Under the pieces are notes generated by a model. The model did no database searches. It saw only the letters and a program-made list of their open reading frames with translations, and was not told where the DNA came from. From an uncultured Solirubrobacterales bacterium (GTDB taxonomy: Bacteria; Actinomycetota; Thermoleophilia; Solirubrobacterales; 70-9): 64,000 bases of DNA. The translations under genes were made by a program, and so were the position numbers. Each line of letters opens with the position of its first letter. Within the stretch, counting starts at the first letter, position 1. Positions 18,245 through 27,575 of this stretch are shown in pieces. The DNA lies in NCBI GenBank assembly GCA_963800705.1, contig CAWDBV010000002.1, forward strand, positions 632,070-696,069, in the 5' to 3' direction.

Positions 18245-20749
18245 TCAGTGACGCAGGCTCGCTCGTGCTGGCTTCAGACGGATGCCGAGAGGGGGGGCAC
18301 CGGGACGAACGCCCCGGCGCCAGACCCGGCCGTGCAAGGGATGATCGACCGCGAGCGCCCGCGTTCCCGCGGGCAGATCGCTGACCTCGAACCGCCCCGC
18401 AGCGTCCGAAAAGACGCGGACCTCGAAATCGTGGGCGCCTGTCTCGGCGTTGCGGAGGAACAAATCGACCGTGGCGCCCTCCACGGCCCGTCCAGCGCCG
18501 TCGGTGACGGTTCCTTCCACCCCGCCTTCGGGGCGAACGACCGTCAGCTGCACGCCCGTCCGCAGTTCGCCTTCGGCCAGGGTCAACATCAGCGGTCGCA
18601 GCCCCGAGGTCGGGCCCCGCGTCACCATGTGCCAGGTTCGCATGGGCCCGAGCGACACCTGCCCGGCGACGAGGGGGCCGATGGTGAATCGCCCGTCCTC
18701 ACCGGACACAGCCACCGACGGCGACCCGAAGGTCTCGGTGTCCCGGGTCGCGATGGCCTGCACGGTGAAATCCCGGACCGAGGCGCCATCCGGATAGGTC
18801 ACCCGTCCGGAGATCCAGGCGGGCGGACCCAGCTCGATCGAGACAGGCCGCGTTTCGCCGCGGCCCAGGTGCACCGGCCCGATCGAGGCCACCCCCCGCT
18901 GGTGCTGAACCACGATCCAGGTGTCGCCGGCGGGCAGATGATCCACCTCGAAGCGGCCTGCCTCGTCGCTGGTCAGGCGTCTGCGGGGCGCCGTTCCTGG
19001 CCGCGTGTCGTCGGTCGCCGGCGTTTCGACCGCCTGGGCCCGGGCGCCCACCTCGATGCGAGCTCCCGCGACGGGAGCGCCGCCAACGTCGCGAACCTGC
19101 CCCGTCAACACCGAGGCAGGCGCCAGCCAGGTGTCCACACGTCTGTCCGCGCCGGCGGCCCAGTCCGCAACCGGAACCGACCGGCGGATGTGACGGGGGG
19201 CCACGAATTCGATGGCGAGCCCGCAGGGCGGCAGCCCCTCGAGGCGATAACCGCCGTCCGGCGCCGTCGTGGTCGTGGCCTGGAAGCCTCGACAGACCGG
19301 CAGGTCGCTCACCGCCCGCACGGTCACCTTCACCCCGCCGAGCCCCGAGCCGTCGGTCGCGGCCTCGCCCCGGACCCGCCCCTGAATCGCGGCTGTTGGA
19401 GCCAGCGCGATGAGGACGGTCGCGCTTTCACCCGGCCGCGCCTGGACCGGCTCGGACACACCGTAAAGCCCGCCTCGACGGGCGGAGACCCGGTACCCGC
19501 CGGCGTCGACGGTCAGGCTGAACGCGCCCGCACCGTCGACCTGAGCCGTCAGCCCGGAGACCTGGCGACAGCTCGCCGTCACCAGGCCGCCTGGCAAAGG
19601 CTGTCCGGTCGCCCGCTCCACCACGCGACCGGCGAGCTGCGCCCTCAGATGCAGCCGGAGGTCGACCTGACGCGCGCCTCGCAAATCGACCCAGCTCAAG
19701 CCCCTGGCGTAACCGGGGCTGGTGGCCTTCAGGACGTAGCGTCCCGCCGGCAAGGCGATTTCATATCGACCGCGTTCGTCCGCCCGCACCTGACGCGCGG
19801 GCTGGTCCCGCCGATGCGGAGACCATGCGGAGACCGTGGCGGCGGAGAGACCATGGCCGTGGGTGTCGAGGACCCGACCGGTGACGGCCGTGCTCGGGTC
19901 GCCCTCGAGCGCCCCCTTCGGTGCCCGCACCCGCTCGTCGCGCTGGGAGCTGGTCTCCCCATCGAGCAGAGTTGCCGGCAGGAACACCGGCGCCCGCAAG
20001 ACGCCAGACGCTGGCTCCGATCGGAGGGCGCGCGCCGGCTCGGCCGGTGTGGCCCCGCGAAGAACGGCCACCATGAGCAACGGAAGAACCAGCAGGGCTC
20101 CGACGAGCAGGGCCTGGCCCGAGCGCGTTCCGGCCGCCAACGTCAGCCCTCCCGGACGACCCGGGAGGCGCTGGCCATCCGCTGGTACCAGCCGCAGGTG
20201 GGCCGGGGCGAGCGGCACCACGAGTCGCGCCCAGCGCTCGCGTTCGTGTAGCTCATCGCGCAGGGCCTCGCGCAGGCAATCGAGCCCTACCTTGATCCGG
20301 CGCCGGACCGTGCCCGCCGGCACCTGCAGGATCCGAGCGATCTGCGCTGCCGACAGATCATCGACGTAGCGATGAACCACAGCCTGGCGGTAGGGCTCGC
20401 GCAGGGTCAGGATCTGCTCGGCCAGACGTCGCTGCAGCTGGGTGCGGATGGTCAGCTCTTCCGGGGTATCGGACGACACGCCCTCCGCCGCCAGGGACAG
20501 CGCGGTCTCGCGCGCCTGCCGCCGCCGGTCGCTGCGGTACCCGCTGCGCACGAGGTTCGTGACCACCGTTCGCAACCAGGCGCGCAAGGCCGATCCGTGG
20601 GCGGGGGGACGCCGGATCGAGGTCAACCAGACGTCCTGCGCGACGTCTTCGGCGAGGTCGCCGTCCACCAGGTCGGCCGCGATGCGCTTGACCCATCTGG
20701 CGTGCGCCAGAAGGTCTCCGACCTGCTTTGGAGTGCCGCGAGCAGTCAC
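18245..20749 (-). CDS. ECF sigma factor fused to TM helix and about 5 CarboxypepD_reg-like repeats
   Basis: 834-aa uninterrupted ORF.
- Sigma2: DVAQDVWLTSIRR..LRAWLRTVVTNLV
- Sigma4 HTH: LREPYRQAVVHRYVDDLSAAQIARILQVPAGTVRRRIKVGL
- TM: ALLVGALLVLPLLMVAVL
- Then repeated G.V.D..G.P..GA.V modules. Confidence 0.8.
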   Translation of the reverse strand: MTARGTPKQVGDLLAHARWVKRIAADLVDGDLAEDVAQDVWLTSIRRPPAHGSALRAWLRTVVTNLVRSGYRSDRRRQARETALSLAAEGVSSDTPEELTIRTQLQRRLAEQILTLREPYRQAVVHRYVDDLSAAQIARILQVPAGTVRRRIKVGLDCLREALRDELHERERWARLVVPLAPAHLRLVPADGQRLPGRPGGLTLAAGTRSGQALLVGALLVLPLLMVAVLRGATPAEPARALRSEPASGVLRAPVFLPATLLDGETSSQRDERVRAPKGALEGDPSTAVTGRVLDTHGHGLSAATVSAWSPHRRDQPARQVRADERGRYEIALPAGRYVLKATSPGYARGLSWVDLRGARQVDLRLHLRAQLAGRVVERATGQPLPGGLVTASCRQVSGLTAQVDGAGAFSLTVDAGGYRVSARRGGLYGVSEPVQARPGESATVLIALAPTAAIQGRVRGEAATDGSGLGGVKVTVRAVSDLPVCRGFQATTTTAPDGGYRLEGLPPCGLAIEFVAPRHIRRSVPVADWAAGADRRVDTWLAPASVLTGQVRDVGGAPVAGARIEVGARAQAVETPATDDTRPGTAPRRRLTSDEAGRFEVDHLPAGDTWIVVQHQRGVASIGPVHLGRGETRPVSIELGPPAWISGRVTYPDGASVRDFTVQAIATRDTETFGSPSVAVSGEDGRFTIGPLVAGQVSLGPMRTWHMVTRGPTSGLRPLMLTLAEGELRTGVQLTVVRPEGGVEGTVTDGAGRAVEGATVDLFLRNAETGAHDFEVRVFSDAAGRFEVSDLPAGTRALAVDHPLHGRVWRRGVRPGAPPLGIRLKPARASLRH

Positions 20750-21010
20750 GACGTCTCATCATTTAATGCCGCCGGCGGCCCTCCTGTTCGCGGATTTCGC
20801 CCGCACGCTGAGAGTCGACCGTTCCTGGCTGCCGTCTTCAGGAGGTCTCCTCGACTCCTGACCCGGCGTGACTGGCACCCAGTCCCAGTACCCGGCTTGA
20901 TGGTCGCTCGGGTCCGTCTTTCCCGCAAACCGGCCGCTCGCGCCATCCTCGCGCCGAGAACGGACCGATGGTCGTGCAGAAGGTGCGAAGGCGCGCCGCT
21001 GGAGGTCACG

Positions 21011-21478
21011 ATGAAGCACGTACAGGGAGCATTGGCAGTGGGGCTGGCGATCTTGGTGGCGGCAGCCGGAGGCATCGGCTGCGAGGACGAGGACAACCTG
21101 CCTCAAGTGACCATCACCAGCCCGAACGCTGGGTCAACCCACACGCTGGGCGAGAGCATGCGCTTGCAGGTGTCGTTCCAGACCGACGACTTCGAGATCG
21201 AACAGGACTGCGGAGAAGAGCGCTATTGCGGCAGGGCCTACCTCAACATCGACGGCGGGGCTTGCAATCAGCCGGGGCAGGATTACAACAACATCCTGCT
21301 GGACGCGGACATCAACGAGACCCGCTTCATGGACGCGCAGTTCGACCTGTGCCCGGCGGCTTCGCGGACCGGTAGCCACTCCATCACCATCTCGTTGCGC
21401 TACAACGACGGAACGGAGGTGCTGGGCGAGGCCGGGGTTCCGGTCTCGGCCACGATCACGCTGCAGATGACGCCATGA
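21011..21478 (+). CDS. Lipoprotein, hypothetical
   Basis: RBS ggaggtcacg then ATG. Signal MKHVQGALAVGLAILVAAAGGIGC. 155 aa. Confidence 0.65.
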   Translation: MKHVQGALAVGLAILVAAAGGIGCEDEDNLPQVTITSPNAGSTHTLGESMRLQVSFQTDDFEIEQDCGEERYCGRAYLNIDGGACNQPGQDYNNILLDADINETRFMDAQFDLCPAASRTGSHSITISLRYNDGTEVLGEAGVPVSATITLQMTP

Positions 21479-21537
21479 TCAGGACGCCTTCGCCGTCGCT
21501 TCGATGCGACGTCGAGCCCGGTAGAGTCGGTTGCAGG

Positions 21538-22761
21538 TCAGCGAGGCGGATCCTGCGCGCGAGCCAGGCCCAGGGCTTCGACGACCTCGGCGCCGGCGTG
21601 ACCGTCGGGGATCATCCGGTTGCGGCGCTGGAAGGCGCGGATGGCTTTGCGGGTGGCGGCGCCGGGAACGCCATCGGGGTGTCCGGCGCGAAAGCCCCGC
21701 TGGTTGAGGCGCTCCTGCAGCGCCTGCACCGTCTCTCGCGTCAGCCCCGGCTGGTCCTCCGGAGGCGGGCGGCTGAGTGGGCCCGCGCCGTCGATCCGGT
21801 CGGCCAGGTGGCCGACCGCCAGGGAGAAGAAGGTGGCGTTGTTCCAGCGCATGAGGACGTTGAAGTTCCGGTGCACCAGGAAGGCGGGGCCCCGGTGTCC
21901 GGCGGGAAGGACCAGGGCGGCGTCGAGCCCGCCCGCCGGCAGGGGGCTCCCGTCCACCCGACTCACCCCCAGGCGCCGCCAGACCGCCAGCGGCCGCGGC
22001 CCCGTCTCGTCGGTCAGCTGGTGGGGGAACCGCTCGGGGAGCCGCACCTCGCGTCCCCAGGGGATCCCGGCCTGCCAGCCCAGGCCGCGCAGGAAGTTTG
22101 CCGCCGAGGCCAGGGCATCGGGCAGGTCCCAGAGGTCCTTGCGCCCGTCCCGGTCGAAGTCCACGGCGTGGCGAAGGAAGATCGCGGGCATGAACTGGAA
22201 GTACCCCATGGCCCCCGCCCAGGACCCGCTCATGCGTTCGAGCGGAACCAGACCGTCATCGACGATACGGAGCGCCGCCAGCAGCTGGCGGCCGAACCTG
22301 TCGCCGCGCCTCCGATCGCAGGCCAGGGTGGCCAGCGAATCGAGCACGGGCTTGTCGCCCACGTAGCGGCCGAAGCTCGTCTCGATACCCCACAGCGCCA
22401 GCAGGTACTGTCCTGGCACGCCGTATCCGGCGGCGACGCGGTCGAGCAGGGCGCGGTGCTCGCTGGCCAGCGCCCGGGCCTTCTCGATCTTGGCCTCGGT
22501 CACGCGCCGATTGAGGTACCCGGCGAAGGTCGCGATGACCTCGGGCTGCCGGCGATCGAGCTCGATCACCTGCTCGCGCGGAACCACCTTTGCGAGGGCC
22601 TCCTCCACCACCCGGCCCGAGATCCCCGCGCCCCGGGCCCCGCGCTTCAACGCCGTCAGGCAGGTGGCGAACCCGGGCTCGACCACAGCCTCCGCGACCC
22701 CGTTCCCAGGTGCCACGACCAGCACCGCAAGCAGCGGCGCCATGACGGTTCGATTCCCCAA
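21538..22761 (-). CDS. Lytic murein transglycosylase (MltB family) with C-terminal PG-binding domain
   Basis: LALWGIETSFGRY, GSWAGAMGYFQFMP and DFDRDGRKDLW. The C-terminal PG_binding_1-like segment is LQERLNQRGFRAGHPDGVPGAATRKAIRAFQ. Confidence 0.85.
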   Translation of the reverse strand: MGNRTVMAPLLAVLVVAPGNGVAEAVVEPGFATCLTALKRGARGAGISGRVVEEALAKVVPREQVIELDRRQPEVIATFAGYLNRRVTEAKIEKARALASEHRALLDRVAAGYGVPGQYLLALWGIETSFGRYVGDKPVLDSLATLACDRRRGDRFGRQLLAALRIVDDGLVPLERMSGSWAGAMGYFQFMPAIFLRHAVDFDRDGRKDLWDLPDALASAANFLRGLGWQAGIPWGREVRLPERFPHQLTDETGPRPLAVWRRLGVSRVDGSPLPAGGLDAALVLPAGHRGPAFLVHRNFNVLMRWNNATFFSLAVGHLADRIDGAGPLSRPPPEDQPGLTRETVQALQERLNQRGFRAGHPDGVPGAATRKAIRAFQRRNRMIPDGHAGAEVVEALGLARAQDPPR

Positions 22762-22879
22762 AGTGCGACCACGGGCAGAGTAACTAAAGTTATAGTTGTA
22801 ATCAAGCCCGCCGGAGAGTCGACGTCACCGCACGACCCGCTCGGCATCCCGAGGGTCACCTTGATCGGTTGCGGGCCGC

Positions 22880-22907
22880 TTGACTGGACGGCGTGCCGGT
22901 ATATACT
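22880..22907 (+). promoter_or_regulatory. Near-consensus sigma70-type promoter for vapBC
   Basis: TTGACT (22880-85), N16, TATACT (22902-07), 22 nt upstream of the vapB ATG. It lies in an AT-richer spacer and overlaps the palindrome GTATATAC (22899-22906). Confidence 0.5.
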
Positions 22908-22928
22908 GATAGATACCAGGTGGCTGCC

Positions 22929-23180
22929 ATGTCGTCCGTCCCAAAAAATGCGCGGGCTAAGCTGTTCGAGAACGGCCGTTCGCAGGCGGTCCGGCTGCCC
23001 AAGGAGTTTCGCTTCGAAGGCGACCAGGTGATGATCCGGAAGGAAGGCGACGCGGTCATCCTCGAACCGATCAAGCGGGAGACGTGGCCCCGGGGGTACT
23101 GGGAGCGTCTGCGCGAGATGCAGGTCGACTTCGAGGTGCAGCCCCTCCGCCCGGAGCTGGGTGAGCCGGACGTCGATTGA
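22929..23180 (+). CDS. vapB: VapB antitoxin (AbrB/SpoVT fold)
   Basis: [38 protein letters not shown] is the canonical SpoVT/AbrB antitoxin core. Confidence 0.85.
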   Translation: MSSVPKNARAKLFENGRSQAVRLPKEFRFEGDQVMIRKEGDAVILEPIKRETWPRGYWERLREMQVDFEVQPLRPELGEPDVD

Positions 23181-23580
23181 CGTGAGCTTTCTGCTCGATA
23201 CAAACGCGGTCATCAACCTGATGAAGCTGCGCGAGCCCCTTACCGCGCGGGTAAAGTCTACCGGGCCGGCCGCGCTCGCGGTCTCGACGATCACGCTGGC
23301 GGAGCTTTGGTACGGGGCCGCCCGCAGTCGGAGGCCGCAACAGAGCCGGCAGGAGCAGGATACCGCGCTCGAGCCGTTCCGGGTCCTGGACTTCGACGCC
23401 GCCGCCGCGGATCGTTATGCGGCGGCGCGGGCGCATCTGGCGGACCAAGGCCGCCCCATCGGCGACCGCGACCTGATGATCGCCGCGATCGCCATGGTGG
23501 CCCGGAAGACGGTGATCACCAGCAACGTCTCCGAGTTTACGCGCGTACCCGGGCTCAAGATCGAAGACTGGATGGCCTGA
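23161..23580 (+). CDS. vapC: VapC PIN-domain toxin
   Basis: [35 protein letters not shown] shows the PIN acidic residues. The start is 23161 (overlapping vapB) or GTG 23182. Confidence 0.85.
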   Translation: MSRTSIDVSFLLDTNAVINLMKLREPLTARVKSTGPAALAVSTITLAELWYGAARSRRPQQSRQEQDTALEPFRVLDFDAAAADRYAAARAHLADQGRPIGDRDLMIAAIAMVARKTVITSNVSEFTRVPGLKIEDWMA

Positions 23581-23827
23581 CCGTCCGCGAACCGTCGCGG
23601 CTACTGCCAAGGGTGCCGGACGACCCGCGCTCACGCGAAGGGGGGACCGCCTGGGGCCGGAACCGCGAGACGGGTGCCCGCCCCCCGAACGGCATCGACG
23701 GGCACATCGACGGCATGAGACCGCCCGGGCGTTCTTCGCGCCAGCGCGAGACACGGACGGATCGCCGGGTTTTTGGGGAGGTACACGTAGTGCATTTCGG
23801 GCCGGTTGGGCCACTATCCGGCACCAG

Positions 23828-25000
23828 ATGCGATGTGTACCCGTGCGCTCGATGGCTGTGGCGGCGGCGTGGCGCGTGTGCTGTGTGTCCTTGCTCTTCG
23901 CGGCTGGCGTCGCGTCCTGCCGCTCGGACATTGCACCGCCTTCCGTCGATCCGGGGCCGGGACGGATTCGGACCCGGCGAGCCGCCGTCGTCCGCGCAGG
24001 ACCCGCCGTCCCCTGACGCTGCCCCGCCGCGGGATGCACGGGTTGGGCCGGGGAGCCCGGCCATCGACCCCGCAGCGGCCGCCGACGCTGCGGCCGGCGG
24101 CGCTCCGGCCGCCGATGCGTCGATGGCTGACGCTCCGGCCGGCGGAGGCTCGAGCGGCGCGGCCTCCGTCCCGGCGGCGTGCGGCAGCCAGAGGCCTGAG
24201 ATTGGCGAGATGACCGGGGTGGACGGCCTGGCCATCGCGGCCGAGGGCACCATCTACTTTACCCAGCAGCCGGGTGAGCCGGACGGCTGGGTTGGCCGCC
24301 TGCGGCCCGGTGGCACACCGGAGCGGCGCTGGGTGCGGGTGCCGGGCAGCGGCGGGACGCTGTGGGGCCTGGCGATCGACGGCAGCCGCAAGCGGCTCTA
24401 CGTCCTGTCCGGGGACAACGGGGCCATCTTCTGGCTGGACCTGACGGTCGACCTTCCGCCCTTGCAGGAGCTCGTCACGGAGCTGGAGGTGCCCAACGAC
24501 GTGGCCCTCGATCGCGACGGCAACGTCTACTTCAGCTCGCGCGGCGACAAACACATCTATCGGGTCACGCCCGCTGGGGTTCGCAGCGTGGTCACACGCT
24601 CCCCCGTGCCTGGTCGATTTTCGCCTGCCGCGCTCGCCTTCGGTCCAGGGGGGAGCTGTTCGCCGGCAGCGCCTACGGACCTGTCTTGCGGATCGAGCTG
24701 GCCGACGGGGTCGAGCAGCGCCGGACCCCTCACGGCACGGCCAGCGGGTGGGCCAATGGGCTCGCGTTCGATGCGCTCGGTCGACTTTACGTCGGAGGTT
24801 TCGCGCTGGGAGGGGACGAAACCGAGATTGCACGCATCGATGGCAGCGGTGCCGAGTCGGTCTGGATCCAGTCCGGTCCGAGCTTTGCCAGCCTGGCCTT
24901 CGGTCGAGGCGTGCTCGACTGCCGGGACCTCTACGTCGCCGTACCGACCGGTCCCATGCGCCGGATCCAGACCGACACGCCCGGCCTGCGGATTCGCTGA
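23828..25000 (+). CDS. SMP-30/gluconolactonase/LRE-like beta-propeller lipoprotein, about 2 frameshifts
   Basis: Signal MAVAAAWRVCCVSLLFAAGVASC. Propeller blades include VDGLAIAAEGTIYFT, LWGLAIDGSRKRLYV, PNDVALDRDGNVYFS, ANGLAFDALGRLYVG and CRDLYV. The parts lie in three frames. Confidence 0.6.
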
Positions 25001-25072
25001 GCGCGCGCCGCTCCAACGGCTACCCCTCATCTCCGGTGACGGGAGCGCGGCGGCGGGGTACGCTCGAGGCGC

Positions 25073-26227
25073 TTGAGACCGGTAGCCCTGCTCCTGCTGC
25101 CCGCCGTGCTGTTGCCCGTCGTGGTCTGCAGCTACACGCCGGTCTTGCCCGTCGTGGGCGGCGAGCCCCCCGGCGCGCCCGCTCCCGATGCGCCGCCCGA
25201 GGCGTGGAGGTGCCGCCGGCCGCCGACGCTCCTGCTGCCCGCCCGGTGAGCGACGGTCGAGAATTCGACGTCGGTGCGCCGGTCGACACCCGCTTGCCGA
25301 GCGTCCCCGACGCGCCGCTGGCGCCGGATGCGTTCGTCGAATGCGTGGCTGGCCAGAGGATGGTCTGTTATGGCGGGCCCACCGGCACGGACGGCGTCGG
25401 GGTCTGCCACGGCGGCGAGCGAAGCTGCGCGCCCGACGGGACCTGGTCCACCTGCCTGGGCGAACAACGCCCCGCCGCCGAGGTCTGCAATGGACTGGAC
25501 GACGACTGCGACGGCACCAGCGACGATGGCTGCCCCCTCGACGGAGCGGCGCTCGGCACGGCCCAGAGGCGCGCGCCCAGCCCGGTCCTGGGAAGCCTCA
25601 CGCTGTCGGGCGCGGTGACCTTCACCCACGCCTGTCCCGAGGGGCAGGCGGTCGTCGCGTTCACCGGGAACTACGGGTCGGGCATCGATTCGCTCGGGGT
25701 TCGCTGCGGCGGGCTCCGGATCCGGGAGGATCGATCCGTGCGGCCCTACCGCTACGAGCTGCTGGCCACCGCCGGGCCGGCGCTCGCGCCCCGCGGGGGC
25801 ACCGGCGGCCTGGTGAACGGGGTCGAGCAGCGCCTGAGCTGCCCGCGGGCCAGGTGGTCGTCGGCCTGTCGGCCTGGCTGGACCCGGAGGCGCCCGAGAT
25901 CTGCCCTGCCGCCTATTGCCCCTTCACGGGCGTCCTGTGCGCCAGCGTCTACGGCCTCACCGTGAGCTGCGCGGCGTACGACCTGGCCGGGGGCCCGGGC
26001 AACTTCCGCGTCGTTCGCAGGGGGCGCCCAGCACACCCGGCGCGCGCATCGGCGCGGTGGGTGGCGTGGGCGAGGTGGAGAATCTATATGCCTGCCCGGC
26101 GCAGGGGATGGTGCAGGAGCTGAAGGGCGCCTTCGGAATCTGGCCGCTCGACTGCGTGGTCACCGCCATCAACGGTGTGCAGCTGACCTGCCACGACCCG
26201 GGAATCCCCTTGAGATCACAACTCTGA
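25073..26227 (+). CDS. Secreted cysteine-rich protein with CxGxDDDCDG (MopE-like) motif, about 3 frameshifts
   Basis: TTG 25073 and signal LRPVALLLLPAVLLPVVVC. It carries CYGGPTGTDGVGVCHGGERSCAPDGTWSTC..EVCNGLDDDCDGTSDDGC. The C-terminal pieces lie in frames of ORFs 25188..26123 and 25916..26227. Confidence 0.5.
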
Positions 26228-26279
26228 CCTCGTTCGTCCCGACGGGGCGAGCGCCTGACTGGCCCTCTGGGTCCGCTTC

Positions 26280-27575
26280 TCAGTACGCCCGGGCGCGCTT
26301 CGCCGTCGCGGGAGGCGGCCCGGCGATGGTGAGGCCCAGGGGGACGAACTTCGACACGCCGCCGATCTGCACCTGGACGAAGAGGCGGTGAAAGCCAGGC
26401 TCGGTGGCGTAGAGCTGGAGCTCGAGCTCGGGGCCGCCCCGATCGGTGGCGGCGAGGGTCCTGGTTCCTTTCGGGTGCAGGTGCAGGACGGTCCGGTAGT
26501 CCTCGTTGAAGGCGACCAGGTGGGCGAAGGTGCCCATCACGGGCTCGAGCCGCTGGAAGGGTTTGCCCTGGGCGTCGGTCACGCGCAGCTTCAGCCGCAC
26601 GGGCTCGCCGGTGCGGATCACGGGCTTGTCGATGCCGAGCGCGAAGCGGAGGCCGTGGGCATCGGCGCGGAGAACCACCCGGCGATCGTCGAGGGGAGCG
26701 GCTCTGGTCATCGCCGGGATGTCGGTGGTGGCGTACTCCTGGAAGCCCCCGTAGGTGGTGCGCAGGTCGGCCCAGGCTCGGTAGGCGCCTGGCCGGGCCG
26801 GGGTGAAGCTGAAGGCGTATTCGCCGGGCCGGTCGGTGGGCTGAGGGTGCACGTGGTGATAGTCGGTCAGGCTGGGATTGATGATCAGCAGATGGATGCG
26901 CTGGGTGTGAACCACCCGCAGATCGGTGATCAGAATGGGGGCGCCCGTCAGCTGGGCGAGGCGGAGGGTGGCCCTCGCCTCGCGCCCGACCTCCAGGGGG
27001 CCGTCGGTTCGGATGCTCGCGCGCACCGTGTGCTGCGCCGGCACGCCGCCCGAAAACAGGAGCGGGATCCGCGCCGGCTGGTCGAGGACCATCCCGCACT
27101 TGGGGCAATTGTCGCTGCTTTTTCCCAGCACCTCGGGGTGCATCGGACAGGTCCACACCGCCGCCAGGCGGCGGGCGGGCGCCAGCACGTCCTGGCGGTA
27201 GAGCCGTTGTAGCTGGGCGTAGGTGGCGAGCAGCCGCTGCAGGCGGACCTTCGCCGTGGCCGCGTCGAAGGCGTCGGCCGCCTGGTGCAGGTCCCCAATC
27301 TGCTGGCCCAGCGTCGCGAGGGCCTGGGCCGCGGCCGCTTGCTTTCCGGGCGCGGCGCGCTCGATCTCCGCCAGCAGGACCGAGATGGCGGAGCTCAGCA
27401 TCATGTCCTCGTTGTGGACCGAGCTGAGCTCCCCGCTGGTGACGTAGCCCTCCACCGCCTTCACTGCCTGCATGAGGACGCCCCAGCCTTTCACCACGGG
27501 AGGCGCCTTCTCGGCGCCGGGGCTGACCACGCCGGCCAGCCACGTGGCCGCCACAACCACCAACGAGACGCTCAT
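26280..27575 (-). CDS. Heavy-metal-binding-domain (HMBD) protein with two His-motif beta-sandwich repeats
   Basis: Real part of ORF 26280..30995, 431 aa starting at ATG 27575. It has an N-terminal signal/TM, a helical region and WTCPMHPEVLGKSSDNCPKCGMVL. Two repeats follow, with DYHHVHP and TVLHLHP. ATGA overlap with the upstream gene. Confidence 0.7.
   Translation of the reverse strand: MSVSLVVVAATWLAGVVSPGAEKAPPVVKGWGVLMQAVKAVEGYVTSGELSSVHNEDMMLSSAISVLLAEIERAAPGKQAAAAQALATLGQQIGDLHQAADAFDAATAKVRLQRLLATYAQLQRLYRQDVLAPARRLAAVWTCPMHPEVLGKSSDNCPKCGMVLDQPARIPLLFSGGVPAQHTVRASIRTDGPLEVGREARATLRLAQLTGAPILITDLRVVHTQRIHLLIINPSLTDYHHVHPQPTDRPGEYAFSFTPARPGAYRAWADLRTTYGGFQEYATTDIPAMTRAAPLDDRRVVLRADAHGLRFALGIDKPVIRTGEPVRLKLRVTDAQGKPFQRLEPVMGTFAHLVAFNEDYRTVLHLHPKGTRTLAATDRGGPELELQLYATEPGFHRLFVQVQIGGVSKFVPLGLTIAGPPPATAKRARAY

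Noticed and set aside
20870-20900. Sigma54-type promoter (tgactggcacccagtcccag) between the ECF fusion and the lipoprotein gene
   Set aside because: TGGCAC is present, but the -12 element (TTGC) is absent at the required N5 spacing.
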